Assembly: GCA_036172245.1 (NCBI GenBank)
Contig: JAYWIR010000018.1
Coordinates: forward strand, 1-64,000
Source: Raillietiella orientalis
Lineage: Eukaryota
Reading direction: 5' to 3'
DNA: 64,000 nucleotides
The position numbers were made by a program, and so were the translations under genes. Under the pieces are notes generated by a model. It had not been told where the DNA came from. It worked only from the letters and a program-made list of their open reading frames with translations, and made no database searches. Below are positions 27,001-38,500 of this stretch, in pieces. How positions within the stretch are numbered: the first letter of the stretch is position 1; each line of letters opens with the position of its first letter.

Positions 27001-29613
27001 TCTTGGATGGCTGGAGGATGATTCTTCAATTCGGTATATTACCTAGGATTCAATGAAAAAATTCTTGTATCTGCAAATCCCTTTACCTTCAGTATCCTGG
27101 GATCTTCTGTCCTTGCGGTTCATCTTTCTCAATGGGCAGTACACGACACTCACAGTAGATCCCCCCTTACGAATCGCTAATCCGTACGACCCGACGACGA
27201 GAAAAGCAATTGAACTTACCTTGGAATCCCCGTTCCTCTTCACGGAATCCCTCTACATCTTCCCAAATGGTCCCCGATGTCCACGTCTGGGATGGGTGGA
27301 AGGGTACACTTGAATTCGGCAGCATCACCTAAGATTCAATAAACAATTTCTTGTATCTGCAAATCCCTTTACCTTCAGTTTCCAGGTATCCTATGTCCTT
27401 GCAGTTCATCTTTCTCAATGGGCAGTGCACGACACTCACAGTAGATCCCCCCTTACGAATCGCAATTCCGTCCGACCCGACGACGAGAAAAGCAATTGAA
27501 CTTACCTTGGAATCCCCGTTCCTCTTCACGGAATCCCTCTACATCTTCCCAAATGGTCCCCGATGTCCACGTCTGGGATGGGTGGAAGGGGACACTTGAA
27601 TTCGGCAGCATCACCTAGGATTCAATAAACAATTTCTTGCATCTGCAAATCCCTTTACCTTCAGTTTCCAGGTATCCTCTGTCCTTGCAGTTCATCTTTC
27701 TCAATGGGCAATACACGACACCCACTTTAGATCCCTCCTTGGGAATCGCAAATCCGTCCGACCCGACGACGAGAAAAGCAATTGAACTTACCTTGGAATC
27801 CCCGTTCCTCTTCAAGGGATACCTAGGCGCCTTCCCAAATGGTCCCCGATGTCCACGTCTAGGATGGGTGGAAGGGGACTCTTCAAATCGGCAGCATCAC
27901 CTAGGATTCAATAAAATAATTCTTGTATCTGCAAATCCCTTCACCTTCAGTATTGAGGGATCCTCTGTCCTTGCATTTCATCTTTGTCCGTGTGCAGCAC
28001 ACGACACTCACACTAGTTCCCCCTTCACGAATCGCAAATCCGTTCGACCCGACGACGAGAAAAGCAATTGAACTTACCTTGGAATCCCCTTTCCTTTTCA
28101 CGGAATCCCTCTGCAACTTCCCAAATGGTCCCCGATGTCCACGTCTGGTATAGGAGGAAGACGATTCCTGAATTCGGCAGCATAACCTCGAATCAATGAA
28201 ATACTTCTTGTTTCTACAAATCCCTTTACCTTCGGTTTCCAAGGATCCTCTATCCTCGCATATCTTCTGTCTCCATGGGAAGTGCACCACACTTACAGTA
28301 GATCCCCCCTTACGAATCGAAAATCCGTCCGACCCGACGACGAGAAAAGCAATGGAACTTACCTTGGAATCCCCGTTATTCTTCACGGAATCCCTCTGCG
28401 TCTTCCCAAATGGTCCCCGATGTCCACGTAAAGGATGGGTGGAAGGGGACTCTTGAATTCGGCAGCATCACCTATGATTCAATAAAATACTTCTTGTTTC
28501 TACAAATCCCTTTACCTTCGGGTTCCAAGGATCCTCTATCCTCGCATATCTTCTGTCTCCATGGGCAGTGCACGACACTCACAGTAGATCCCCCCTTACG
28601 AATCGCAAATGCGTCCGACCCGACGACGAGAAAAGCAATTGAACTTACCTTGGAATCCCCGTTATTCTTCACGGAATCCCTCTGCGTCTTCCCAAATGGT
28701 CCCCCATGTCCACGTCTAGGATGGGTGGAAGGGGACACTTGAACTCGGCAGCATCACCTAGGATTCAATAAAATACTTCTTGTTTCTACAAATCCCTTTA
28801 CCTTCGGTTTCCAAGGATCCTCTATCCTCGCATATCTTCTGTCTCCATGGGCAGTGCACGACACTCACAGTAGATCCCTCTTACGAATCGCAAATCCGTC
28901 CGACCCGACGACGAGAAAAGCAATTGAACTTACCTTGGAATCCCCGTTCTTCTTCACGGAATCCCTCTGCGTCTTCCCAAATGGTCCCCGATGTCCACGT
29001 CTAGGATGGGTGGAAGGGGACACTTGAATTCGGCAGCATCACCTAGGATTCAATAAAATACTTCTTGTTTCTACAAATCCCTTTACCTTCGGTTTCCAAG
29101 GATCCTCTATCCTCGCATATCTTCTGTCTCCATGGGCAGTGCACGACACTCCCTCTAGATCCCCCTTTACGAATCGCAAATCCGTCCGACCCGATGACGA
29201 GAAAAGCAATTGAACTTACCTTGGAATCCCCGTTTTTCTTCACGGAATCCCTCTGCGTCTTCCCAAATGGTCCCCGATGTCCACGTCTAGGATGGGTGGA
29301 AGGGGACTCTTGAATTCGGCAGCATCACCTAGGATTCAATAAACAAATTCTTGTATCTGCAAATCCCTTCACCTTCAGTATCGAGGGATCCTCTGTCCTT
29401 GCAGTTCGTCTTTCTCAAAGGACAGTACAAGACACTCACATTAGTTCCCCCTTTAGGAATCGCAAATCCGTTCGACCCGACGACGAGAAAAGCTATGGAA
29501 CTTACCTTGGAATCCACGTTCCTCTTCACGGAATACCTCTGCGGCTTTCCAAATGCTCCCCGATGTCCATATCTGGGATTGGAGGAAGGGGATTCCTGAA
29601 TTCGGCAGCATAA
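1..29613. repeat. Tandem satellite DNA array, 286-bp monomer, about 104 copies (runs off the left edge of the window)
   Basis: The motif GAATTCGGCAGCATCACCTAGGATT recurs with a 285-287 bp period (CTAGG at 249, 820, 1106 ... 19685, 19971 ... 29043, 29329). Most monomers carry one EcoRI and one AvrII site. The repeated 82/88-aa ORFs in the track simply mirror this period. Confidence 0.99.
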
Positions 29614-30466
29614 CTAGGATTGAATTCTAGAATTGCTATATATTGGAATCCTTTTACCTTCGGTTCCCAGGGATTTTCATTCCTTGCAGTTTATCTTTCT
29701 CCATGGTGTGTACACGAGACTCTCATTAGATGCCCCCGTCTGAATTTCACATCCTTCCGACTCGACGACGAGAAAAGCAATTGCGCTCACCTTGAATGCT
29801 ACGTTTTCCTTCTTGGGATCGCTTGGTTTTTTCTCAAATGTTTCCCGTTGTCCACGTGTGTAATCAGAGGAGGAGGATTCCTTTGTACGGCAGGATATTC
29901 TAGAACTTTATATTAGAATTCTTGAATCTTTCATTCGTTTTTCTTGCGGTTCTCGAAAATCCTCCATCATGGCCGTTCGTTCTTCCTCTTCGTGGTCACA
30001 CTGCATTCTCTTTTCTGCCTCTATATGGTAGAGCAGTCTTCTTCGACACGACAACCTGAAATGCAAAGGCAGTCACAGAAGAATTTACGTTCTTCTTCTG
30101 GGTATCCGTCAGCGTCATCTCAAATGTTCTCGGGCGTCTCCGTCTTTGAGCAGAAGAAGAGGAATCTGGGTCCGGCTGGATGACCTAGAATTGAACATTT
30201 TAATTCTTGTACCTTCAATTCGTTTTGTTTGCGGTTTTTGTTCTTACTGTATGATTGCCGTTCATCCTTCGTGATCGTTATCTCGCTACAGTTGCTTTCC
30301 TCCTCAACGAATTGTTCTCCTCCTCGCTGGTGCCGAGGACATAAAAAGGGAAATTCTCTTACCGATGAATCCATCTTCTTCTTCGTTGGATGCCTTTCTA
30401 TGCTCGTTCCTTCTTTCGGAAGTCGCCGATGGAGTTTGCGTGTTCATGGGATAGGTTGTTTGTATC
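29614..30466. repeat. About three progressively degenerate terminal satellite monomers
   Basis: 29614-29899 still shows TTTACCTTCGGTT and CGACGACGAGAAAAGCAATTG. 30121-30212 (CAAATGTTCTCGGGCGTC...GATGACCTAGAATTGAAC...AATTCTTGTA) aligns to the monomer junction. 30345-30400 aligns to AAAAGCAATTGAACTTACCTTGGAATCCCCGTTCCTCTTC at the expected ~286-bp register. Confidence 0.8.
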
Positions 30467-33240
30467 TAAAATGTGAGTGGGAGGGTGGAATGGATCATTA
30501 GAAATTTACTGACTTTTTCGTTTTTTTCTTGGAATGTCCTCTCTGGACGGGGTCCTCGTTTCTTCATCTTTCCGAATGTCCTTTTGTTCCGTGTGTTTGT
30601 AGCAAGCCAGTCCTCACTTTCTTTCTGCTTCTTCGGATTTTGGCAATCGTGGACGACAGAGGGGAGGTGGACGCGGAAGAATTTTTGCGCAAGGGTTCGG
30701 ACTTTGGTCTGGTTACCAGTTTGGCCGCTGCTCTTTTTTCTCGTGGGTTCCGTGGAAGGGGGCTTTGGCTCCGTGGTTCGCAAAGGTCACCCTCGAGTTC
30801 TAATTGTGATAGCGATTGTTTATATTTTATTTTTCTTTTTTCCCCTCCTCCTTACTTTTCCCCCTTTTCCGTGTGGAACCATAATTTTGATGTGAACTGA
30901 TGTTGGCGTTTTTTGTTTGCGGTGTCTCTGTTTTGCTGTCTGTCTTTTTGTGGTTGCTGAGCGCTATTCATAAGTGAGTCGCTTACGTACGTTGGGATCT
31001 CAACAGCTTCGAAGTCGGTGGCATTCACTATTCTCTGAGGTTCTACATTGGTACTTACGCACTTAGGTACCTCAGTGGGTTGCTTCGTGGAAGACAGATT
31101 TTCGGGAATTTGGAGCGGATTGTAATTTTTGCTGGAAGGTTGTTTGTTGTTGTTCCTCTTTTCTTCCAGATGAAGCTCCTCTTCTTCCTGCTTTAAATGC
31201 TGAAGGGGAAAGTTGCTGTTGTGTTTTCTTGCTCGCGTTTCGTTATCTTTCCCCGCTTTTCATATTTCATAAGTCCCTCTGTTTTACTAGCGAATCTCTT
31301 TTGAAGCCATTACCGGCGGTGTTGCACTCTGGATGTGAATTCTTCTGCTTTTTTCAAAGCGCAAAACTCTAACATTTCATCTTTCCTTTTGGTGCAGCTT
31401 GATTTAAACTGAAACCTAACCTGCGCTTATCTAACCTCTTCTGATCTTTGATTATTTTACCATGTTGTCCTTCTGCGTGCGAGGCTGTCCCGATCTATAC
31501 GCACCCGTACATTGTGATGTTTAGGTCCCTTCCTGGGGTCTTCACCCTCTTTTAGTTTCGCGAATGTCCACCTTTTTCTATGATCTCCTTGCTTCGCACA
31601 TTTCCAGTCTCTCCCTGACTTCCTGGAGAACAAGTTGCCCGCTGGTCTGCTGACTTCTTACCCCGATTTCGCGTTCACACCTCCGCGACTCCGCTCCCGT
31701 GTGTTCGGCGTCCATCTTTCCAGGACGTTGCCTTCGGCGTTGAGCCATCAGGAGTTCCATACTTGTATTTTCGACGTACCCCTTTGGGTTTCCATGTGCA
31801 TCCTTCGGCTTTGAAACCGCACATCTGCTGCCTCCTTGGAATGAGTGGAAGTCTTACTTCTTCCAGGGGCCTTTTGGTGTTTGTATTGTGCACGTTGAAT
31901 TCTGGAAACTCACCCGATGTGTCCTTTGATTTCTCGGTAATTTTATTTCCCCTTTTTGTCATCAGTTTTTTAGATTACTGCATTCCCATCTTCGAGTGGC
32001 ACATTCACCCATGCCCGACTGTCTCTCCGCCCCTGAATTCATTTGGCGTCCGATTTGAGTTAGAAAGTCGTACCTTGAGATATTCGCAGTTCAAATGTGT
32101 GCGTTCCAAGGTCCAGTAACTCCCTCCTCTTTATGTCCCGGAGTGCCGAATTTTTCCATCTCATGTCCCGCGTTCCCATTCGCAATGTTCTTATTCGTGT
32201 GTTTCTCTATGGAATCCCTGAATGCCGCCCAAGTTCGCATTTCGCAAATGGAATATCTGAATTTTTGCGTTTTCTTACAAATTTCCGCTCCCCCGAAGAC
32301 GCTCTTTGGTGCTCGTTCCAGGTGTCCTACGGAGGAACGTCTTTTCCGTTCGAACGTTTCCTTTTGCGATTCATTCTGCTTCTCTCTTCATTAGCGTTTT
32401 TACGATTGAATCTCAAAGTTCTCACCTGCATCTTCTTACAAACGAATTCGAACCCCCCGTTCGCGTTGGTGGACTAAATTGCTCGATTCCCTTCTTCCTT
32501 TCCTTTTTGGGCCCACTTATTCCTCAAGCATGCAACCTCGCGCGATGTCTTTTGCGCTCAAAGAGTTGAGCCGCGGAAATGCAATTGCTTGCTTCCGTGT
32601 GACCACTGTCGAAAGTGGACAGCCTGGGGCAAGAGGACCTTAGTTCGGTTTTCGGATCCAAATCTGCTCGCTGCGCCTCGAATTTCCTGAGCTAACCGTT
32701 TCACCAATGCATTCCCTCCTTTTGAGTTCGCGCCTCATCCAGATGCAATTCCTGGTCTGCTTCTGCATCCCCACTTGGATAGTTCCCTCGATTTCTATGT
32801 TCAGCTCAGCAGTTCTAAATATTTGCCATTTCTCTTTGCTGGCAAGCAGTCTTCTAAATTCCATCCTTCGTATGCTTTTGGTACTGCACCTTCGTTCGAA
32901 CTGATTGGAAATTCTTCATTGTTGTAGCAGGTGAAAATTTTTCCGAGATCGGATGATGCGTTGCTAGGTTTCCTTTCTTTGTTCTGCCGTTCTTGTCTTG
33001 CTGTTCCTTTTTTCCAAGTCTTCGATCATCATTATTATTATTAGCATTATATTATCGCAATTACTATCGATGTTACGATTATTATTGCCGCTGTGGTACT
33101 TGCCGTTATTATTATTATGATTCTCATTATTGGAATCACCGTTATGATCATTACTGCCGTTATTATCGTTATGATTGCTGCTGAATTCACTTGAGATGCG
33201 CGACAAAGCGCGTTTTGCTTACCACTCGGAGCTTACCTCT
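30363..33240 (-). pseudogene. Putative degenerate multi-exon minus-strand locus (unidentified) reading toward the satellite
   Basis: The minus strand is purine-rich and has several strong donors followed by AG 39-48 nt later (30513-30466, ~31661-31623, ~31912-31870, ~32073-32033). ORF 30783-30514 splices in frame to exon 30465-30363. In-frame stops are present elsewhere and no homology was recognised. Confidence 0.25.
33025..33183. repeat. Degenerate (ATT/ATC/GTT)n trinucleotide low-complexity tract
   Basis: ATCATCATTATTATTATTAG...GTTATTATTATTATGATT; translates as an Asn-rich run on the minus strand. Confidence 0.75.
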
Positions 33241-34979
33241 TTCGAGTAGCTGTAGTCGTCCTTGCAAGAGGGATGCGCTGCATCTTCTTACGGGAAGATC
33301 GCGTTGCCTGACGATGACCACGCAAATCGAGCTGTTCGGCGTTCGTTCTGTTTTGTTTGCTTCCCAAGGACCGTTGATGATTTGTTGCTTGCCATGCGGG
33401 GAGAGCTTGTCCTTCTGGTTTGAGCTCACGTCCTCCTGTTGGCAACAATTGGAGCTTTGGAACATCTTCAAGAATCCTCTGCGAACGTGTCCGCCTCGGC
33501 GGGACATGTGCGTCAGGGAACCCTCGTGGATCCTCAGGTGTCGAAGGTTCCATCGACATGGGAGGAATCTTCTTCAATGAAGCATTTGCAAATCACTCGT
33601 TTTTTCCTGTCTTATTTGCTTGTGGCACTCTTGCGTTTCTGAATGTTTCCGTTTGTTTTTAAGAGGCACGGTGGGCTCATATGGGGTCTAACGCTTTCAC
33701 AAAAATTGTATTTTGAAGATGGACCATTATTTGGGAGAAGTGGAGATTTTGTTCTCTGTGTAGGAGATATTCGCTTCCAATTCTTTTTTGCACTCAAAGT
33801 ATCCCAAATGGGCATTATGAAACGCCCCTCGCTGGTTGAGGAATCATAACTGACAAACGATAGGAGCATTCGGAGAAAGCTGACGATTCGGAGAATTAGA
33901 AAAGGAAGCATCCTCCAAAGAGACTTGAAAAATGCATGCGATGATCATGATGATGTGTAAAGGAATGCATCAGGAAGTAGGAAAGGAAATTTTCGGGAAT
34001 GATAAATACTGTGGTCAAATGAAAACGCGTAATCTTCCTGAGCTCTTCCAAGTTCTTTTCTAAAGGAAAGAGAGATCGTGCTCTCTTGAGTAGCAACATA
34101 AGGCTTTTGGTGGGATTGCAGCCACACCAACTGAGCAGTTTCATTATATTCTGAAAAAAATCACTGCTTGCGTTCGCCTTTGCATCTTGTACTGATTCTG
34201 TCGGAGATGGTTTGCCGAGTGGAAAGAAACGGTGCTTCCCTTAATGATCTCCAGTCCGTGTGACGTGTTGGCCGTAACTAGCTGCTTAAAGGAATCTTGC
34301 AAACTGATGTCCGGGAAAGAAAACACAGAATGCGTGTATGCAATTAGTGTAGAAGCCATAAGAAGATTTCGTGCACGGGTCTCAAGGTCGCATTCTGCAA
34401 GAGCTCGTAACATTGCAGTTAGCATGACCGAAAAGAAAACGGGATCATCGATGGAAGATGAGGCTTTTACAGTGGTATTCTTGATAAAGGTGTTAGCCTG
34501 GAAAATTCCTAGAATGAATTCTGCTACTAAACGGGCTCCGAAGTTGCCTGTTCACTCTGTGGAAACGAAACGGTTGCAAGAAGAGTCCACGTCGAAGATG
34601 GAGTCACAGCTCCGGGTTGGCTTACTGGCCGCGTACTGGATGAGACTTTCGTACTTGCCCGCTAAATGCTGAGTGGCGCGGTTGGGATGGGCCTCCGGCA
34701 CCGCGAATCTCTCACTCCCCAGCATTGCCGTCGCCACCTCACCTTTCTTCCCTGCCGCTCGGCGTCTTCCAGAGTGCGCTCGGGACGCTGCCCTGAAGAG
34801 AAGGCCGGGCGCAGCAGCGTCTGCTCTTTCGCCCGGTCACGCCGGAGCGTTTCTTCTGAGAATTACAAATTTCATCGATGCATCCTTCCGTCTTCCTGTA
34901 GTGGCAGCAAGGTGCAACTGCTTCCGGGTGTTTCGCGGGAGGAGTTGTCTGCTAGGAGCAGTCGCCTGGAGAATCGCAG

Positions 34980-35595
34980 GGAAATCATGAGGAAGGAAGA
35001 TGAACAAAAAATAAACAAAAAAAGTACTTTAATGTTTGGGTGTGAGGGAAGCGAGAGGATCACGGTTTGTCCCCTCGTGGGCCCTGCACCTTCTCAAACA
35101 TGCCGCTCAAGTCCCTCCTGGTTGCGTCTCTGGTGCGGACATCGCACCGGAATCCTCAGGAACGAAAACTCGAAGGATGTGACTTCTCTGTTATTTTAGC
35201 GGGACTTCGAGACGTCGTGGTTCCGCGGACGCAGCTATAAAAATTTCGATCGCCGCGCAGGTGACATCCCACCACACCCGAAGAGAGGCATCCGAAAGGT
35301 TTTCCTCCAGGCAGCTCAGGGACGCGGTGCAGCATCCCGACGCACTCCAGAAGTTGGTGCGGTAGGGTTTCCCTTTTGCCCCACCTGTCACACTCTGGGC
35401 TGCACCTCCCCTGGTCCAGCGGTGGAGGCGAGCGTCGCACGGAATGTCCCGATGCTGTCACTTCGAGGGAAGCACGGAGCTGTCGCAGAACACCACGGGG
35501 ATCCCACATGTTGCAGCGTTACGAGATTCGTCCAGCGGAGAAGCCCTTTGGGGAAGTTGGTGGGGGCTGGAATGGCAGCCATATGATGTAGCACG
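34980..35595 (-). mobile_element. Old 3' fragment of a non-LTR retrotransposon (C-terminal CCHC zinc finger plus 3' UTR), related to the element at 48993-49930
   Basis: The minus strand gives ARLHRWTRG/CSPECDRWGKRETLPHQLLECVG versus ARLSHWTLGRLDAHCTECGETEAFPHLLIECVA in the 49-kb copy. Both share AACCGTGATCC at the ORF end, followed by a C-rich then T-rich UTR. Confidence 0.75.
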
Positions 35596-36164
35596 GCGAG
35601 TTTAATTGGAGAAAATTAGGGAAGTAAGTAAGGAATAGAATGTGTGGGGAGAATGGATTGCGCAAAGAATGTTACGATGAGCACTGGAAAGCAGTTTGGC
35701 CCAGAGAGTATGCGAAGCACCGGGAACCCGGCGACTTGCGGGTCATGAAGAGAGGAAAGCGGCTGAAACAGAAGTCTCAAATCAGGGAAGCGGATTTCGG
35801 AGAAGGTGCCACGCGGGCCGAGTGACTCGGCATGGTTGATCGCGTTGCAGCAGTAGAATGCGTAGAGGATCGAGGGAGAGCTTGGTCACCATGCCTTGGC
35901 CGATAGGACAGCCACTGAAGCAGGAGTGCAGCTTTGATAGCGTGAAAAAAAAAACAGTATGTGATGCTACAAAAGATGAAGGCAAGCGTCTTCGTAGGCA
36001 GTTTCGGTGAGAATGTCTTCGCAGACAGCGAGTGAACAGGTGCGAAGGATTCGTGCTGCAAGAGTGAACCGACCTCTCAGAGAGGCACCTGAGAAAGGGG
36101 AAAAAAAGCAGAAAGAGTGTGCTTCTTTAGCGCAAAGGCTTGCATAGTTCAAGAGGCACAGAAA

Positions 36165-37439
36165 CTAATGGTTCTCCCGAGACAAGCAGCATGGATGGAG
36201 GAAGCTGCACGCATTCGTACTTTGGACCTCGAAACAAACCATCGACGTGAAGAAGTGATGGTGGGTTCCGCCACACAGCATTTCCGCGGAATGCTGCTTG
36301 TATTGCGCAGCGCAACTTCTCGTTGCCAGAACTGACTTGGTTGGCGGTGGGTGAAGCTGAAACGATTGGAGAGAATGATCTCGGAGGATCTCTCGTAGAT
36401 GCCGTGAAATTAAAGAAAGGCAGCTTTCTTCTACAGAGAGAGGGAGGAGGCTTGCTGGCAAGCAAGGAGGGGTGACGATGCCTGCTGCAAGAGGGCACTC
36501 ATCGCGTGGAAGCAAGGAAGCTTTAGTGGTTGTTTTCACGGGAGACGAGCATCGCTGTTCGAGCAAGAAGGCGGGATCGAACAGGATGGAGATGCCACGT
36601 GTACCAAAGGTCTCTACTCTTGCTTTACAAGCGGAGCATTCAAGCTGAAGATCGTTCGGCGAATCGAGAGCCCCCACGTCGGATGTTGGCAACGCTGATT
36701 CTGGGAACTTGCCACTTTTCAGAGAGTAATCTGGCGGAGTTGCTCGGCACCGTTTCTCCGCAATGAACACATCGGAATTCTCGGAAACCAAATAGCAGAT
36801 ATTTCAGCCAGGCTTGGTAGCTCGCTGACTCGAGGACCGGCATGTGCTGGGATTTCGAAACGAGAGTTCTGGAAACTCATTCCTGCGCTTCTTGCGCCAG
36901 GTGGCTTCGGAGAAGGTGAGCGTGGAAGAAGAGCCTTCTTGCAACCGACCATCCTACACAAACATCCCGACGTGATCGGGCAGGTCGTATTCGAGGCAGC
37001 GGTCGGACTCCTGGTTTGGAACTCCGGTGCGTCTTGCGCGCTGCATCACCGCGCACGGGAGTGCTCGGTCACTTCCCATGGCAAGCTCCTCGCGAGCGAC
37101 CTTGAGCATTCCCTTCATGGAAAGGTACCTCCGGAACTCACGTTCCATCGGCAGCTGCTCGAGAGGAGAGATGAGCTTTGGGGCACAGCTGACTCTTCTG
37201 GAGCCGAACTGACTTTCTGAATATGCGGGTCGAAGAGCGGTGCTCGGCGGAGCAGCGGCGACTCTCGAGTGCTTCGGGACCCTCACCCGAGGTCGCCAGG
37301 CTCTTCCGGAGAGATGCAGCGAAGCAAGGGAGAGTATTGCTGACAAAGGGAATGATGGCTCGGTATTTGACTTCGGCGGACAGGCTTGGGATAAGAAAGC
37401 TGTATCAGGAACGTCATCGGGGGGCGGGGATGCGACCAA
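36165..37439 (-). pseudogene. Decayed ~425-codon reading frame of unknown identity
   Basis: Track ORFs 36954-37439 and 36165-36791 share one frame and the gap between them has only two in-frame stops (TAG, TGA). No recognisable domain, and GC-rich DNA makes long frames more likely by chance. Confidence 0.25.
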
Positions 37440-37683
37440 GTTCGAGCTTGGCGGGCGACGCTACAGCGTAGCTCGTTGCCCCGTAGACGGCGGCAGGACC
37501 GTGCGCGCACGCGCAGAACAAGGGCCCCGCCATTGGCTAATCATCCTCCAGGATCGGTTGTCACGGAAACCTCTTTGCAAGAGAATTCGGCAAGAGAGTG
37601 TCCGAGCGGACGCGTTGTACTCGCGTTGCTGAGAAACCCGAGCGATAACGTAAAAAGAAATTTATTTTCTTTTCGCGATGCCT

Positions 37684-37784
37684 GGGACGGGCGTCCCTTG
37701 GCTTTTGAATGTTCATTCTTGTGGGGACGGGCGTCCCCCGATCTCGTTAGCTTGTCGTCCGGGCCGCGGGGACGGGCGTCCCCC
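37684..37784. repeat. Three copies of the palindrome (G)GGGACG-GG-CGTCCC(C)
   Basis: Copies start at 37684, 37723 and 37768; each is a perfect 6-7 bp inverted repeat around GG. Confidence 0.9.
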
Positions 37785-38099
37785 GGATACCGGATGACTC
37801 GCGCTTTTCGGAGACCACGTCCTCGAGGGCAGACAGCAGCTATACGAGAAGAAGACGAGGAACCGGACCAGGCGTCGCAGCAGTACCGGATGAGGACGCG
37901 TCAGCGTGAATCGTTCGGGAAATTGGGAATGTGTGTGCGGAGGGGGACGTTTCAGGAGCGGCGACGGTGGAACCAAGGTCGACGGAAGGCACGGTCAGCG
38001 GCAGCGCAAGAACGTACGGACGGTGTGTCAGCGCAGCACCCCGCAACCCGTTAGTGCTAGGAGAAAGTGCCGCAGCCGGACCATCGACCTGGAGGTAAG

Positions 38100-38500
38100 C
38101 CAAACACACGGAGATGCGTCGACGACACGATGATCAGGAAGATCACACGGAGAAGAGGCGACCATGCAATGATCCGATATCGACACGAAGATCAGCCGAT
38201 GCTACCGAGATGAGCCAGCGACACGGAGATCAGTTGACGTCAAGATGATCAGCCAAAGACAACAAGATGAGGCGGAGACCTGATCGAACATGCATCAGCG
38301 ACACGACGATCGTCAATCGGCACGGTGATGAGCCGGAGACACGATGATTTCTCAACGACCGGGCACTGAGAATAAATGATGTATACTAATGGAGCGACGA
38401 CGCGGTGATCAGCCGACCCCACGCCGGTCAGGCAAGGACACGGCGATGTAGCGTAGACACAGAAATGACTCCATACGATGTTGAGCCAACGACACGGTTA
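38100..38500 (+). repeat. Degenerate ~19-20 bp minisatellite (consensus roughly CGACACGGWGATSAGCC)
   Basis: Repeated variants GACACGATGATCAG, CGACACGAAGATCAGCC, CGACACGGAGATCAG, GGCACGGTGATGAGCC, GACGCGGTGATCAGCC. Confidence 0.7.

Noticed and set aside
255..29599. Hundreds of 60-220 aa ORFs (MYLQIPLPSV..., MSPSTHPRRG...) read as a tandem gene family
   Set aside because: They are by-products of the repeat. Most start at TTG/GTG, the period is not a multiple of 3, variants introduce stops in both long frames, and most differences are non-synonymous.
1..29613. CRISPR-like array
   Set aside because: The whole 286-bp unit is repeated with no unique spacers, no cas genes are present, and the context is eukaryotic.
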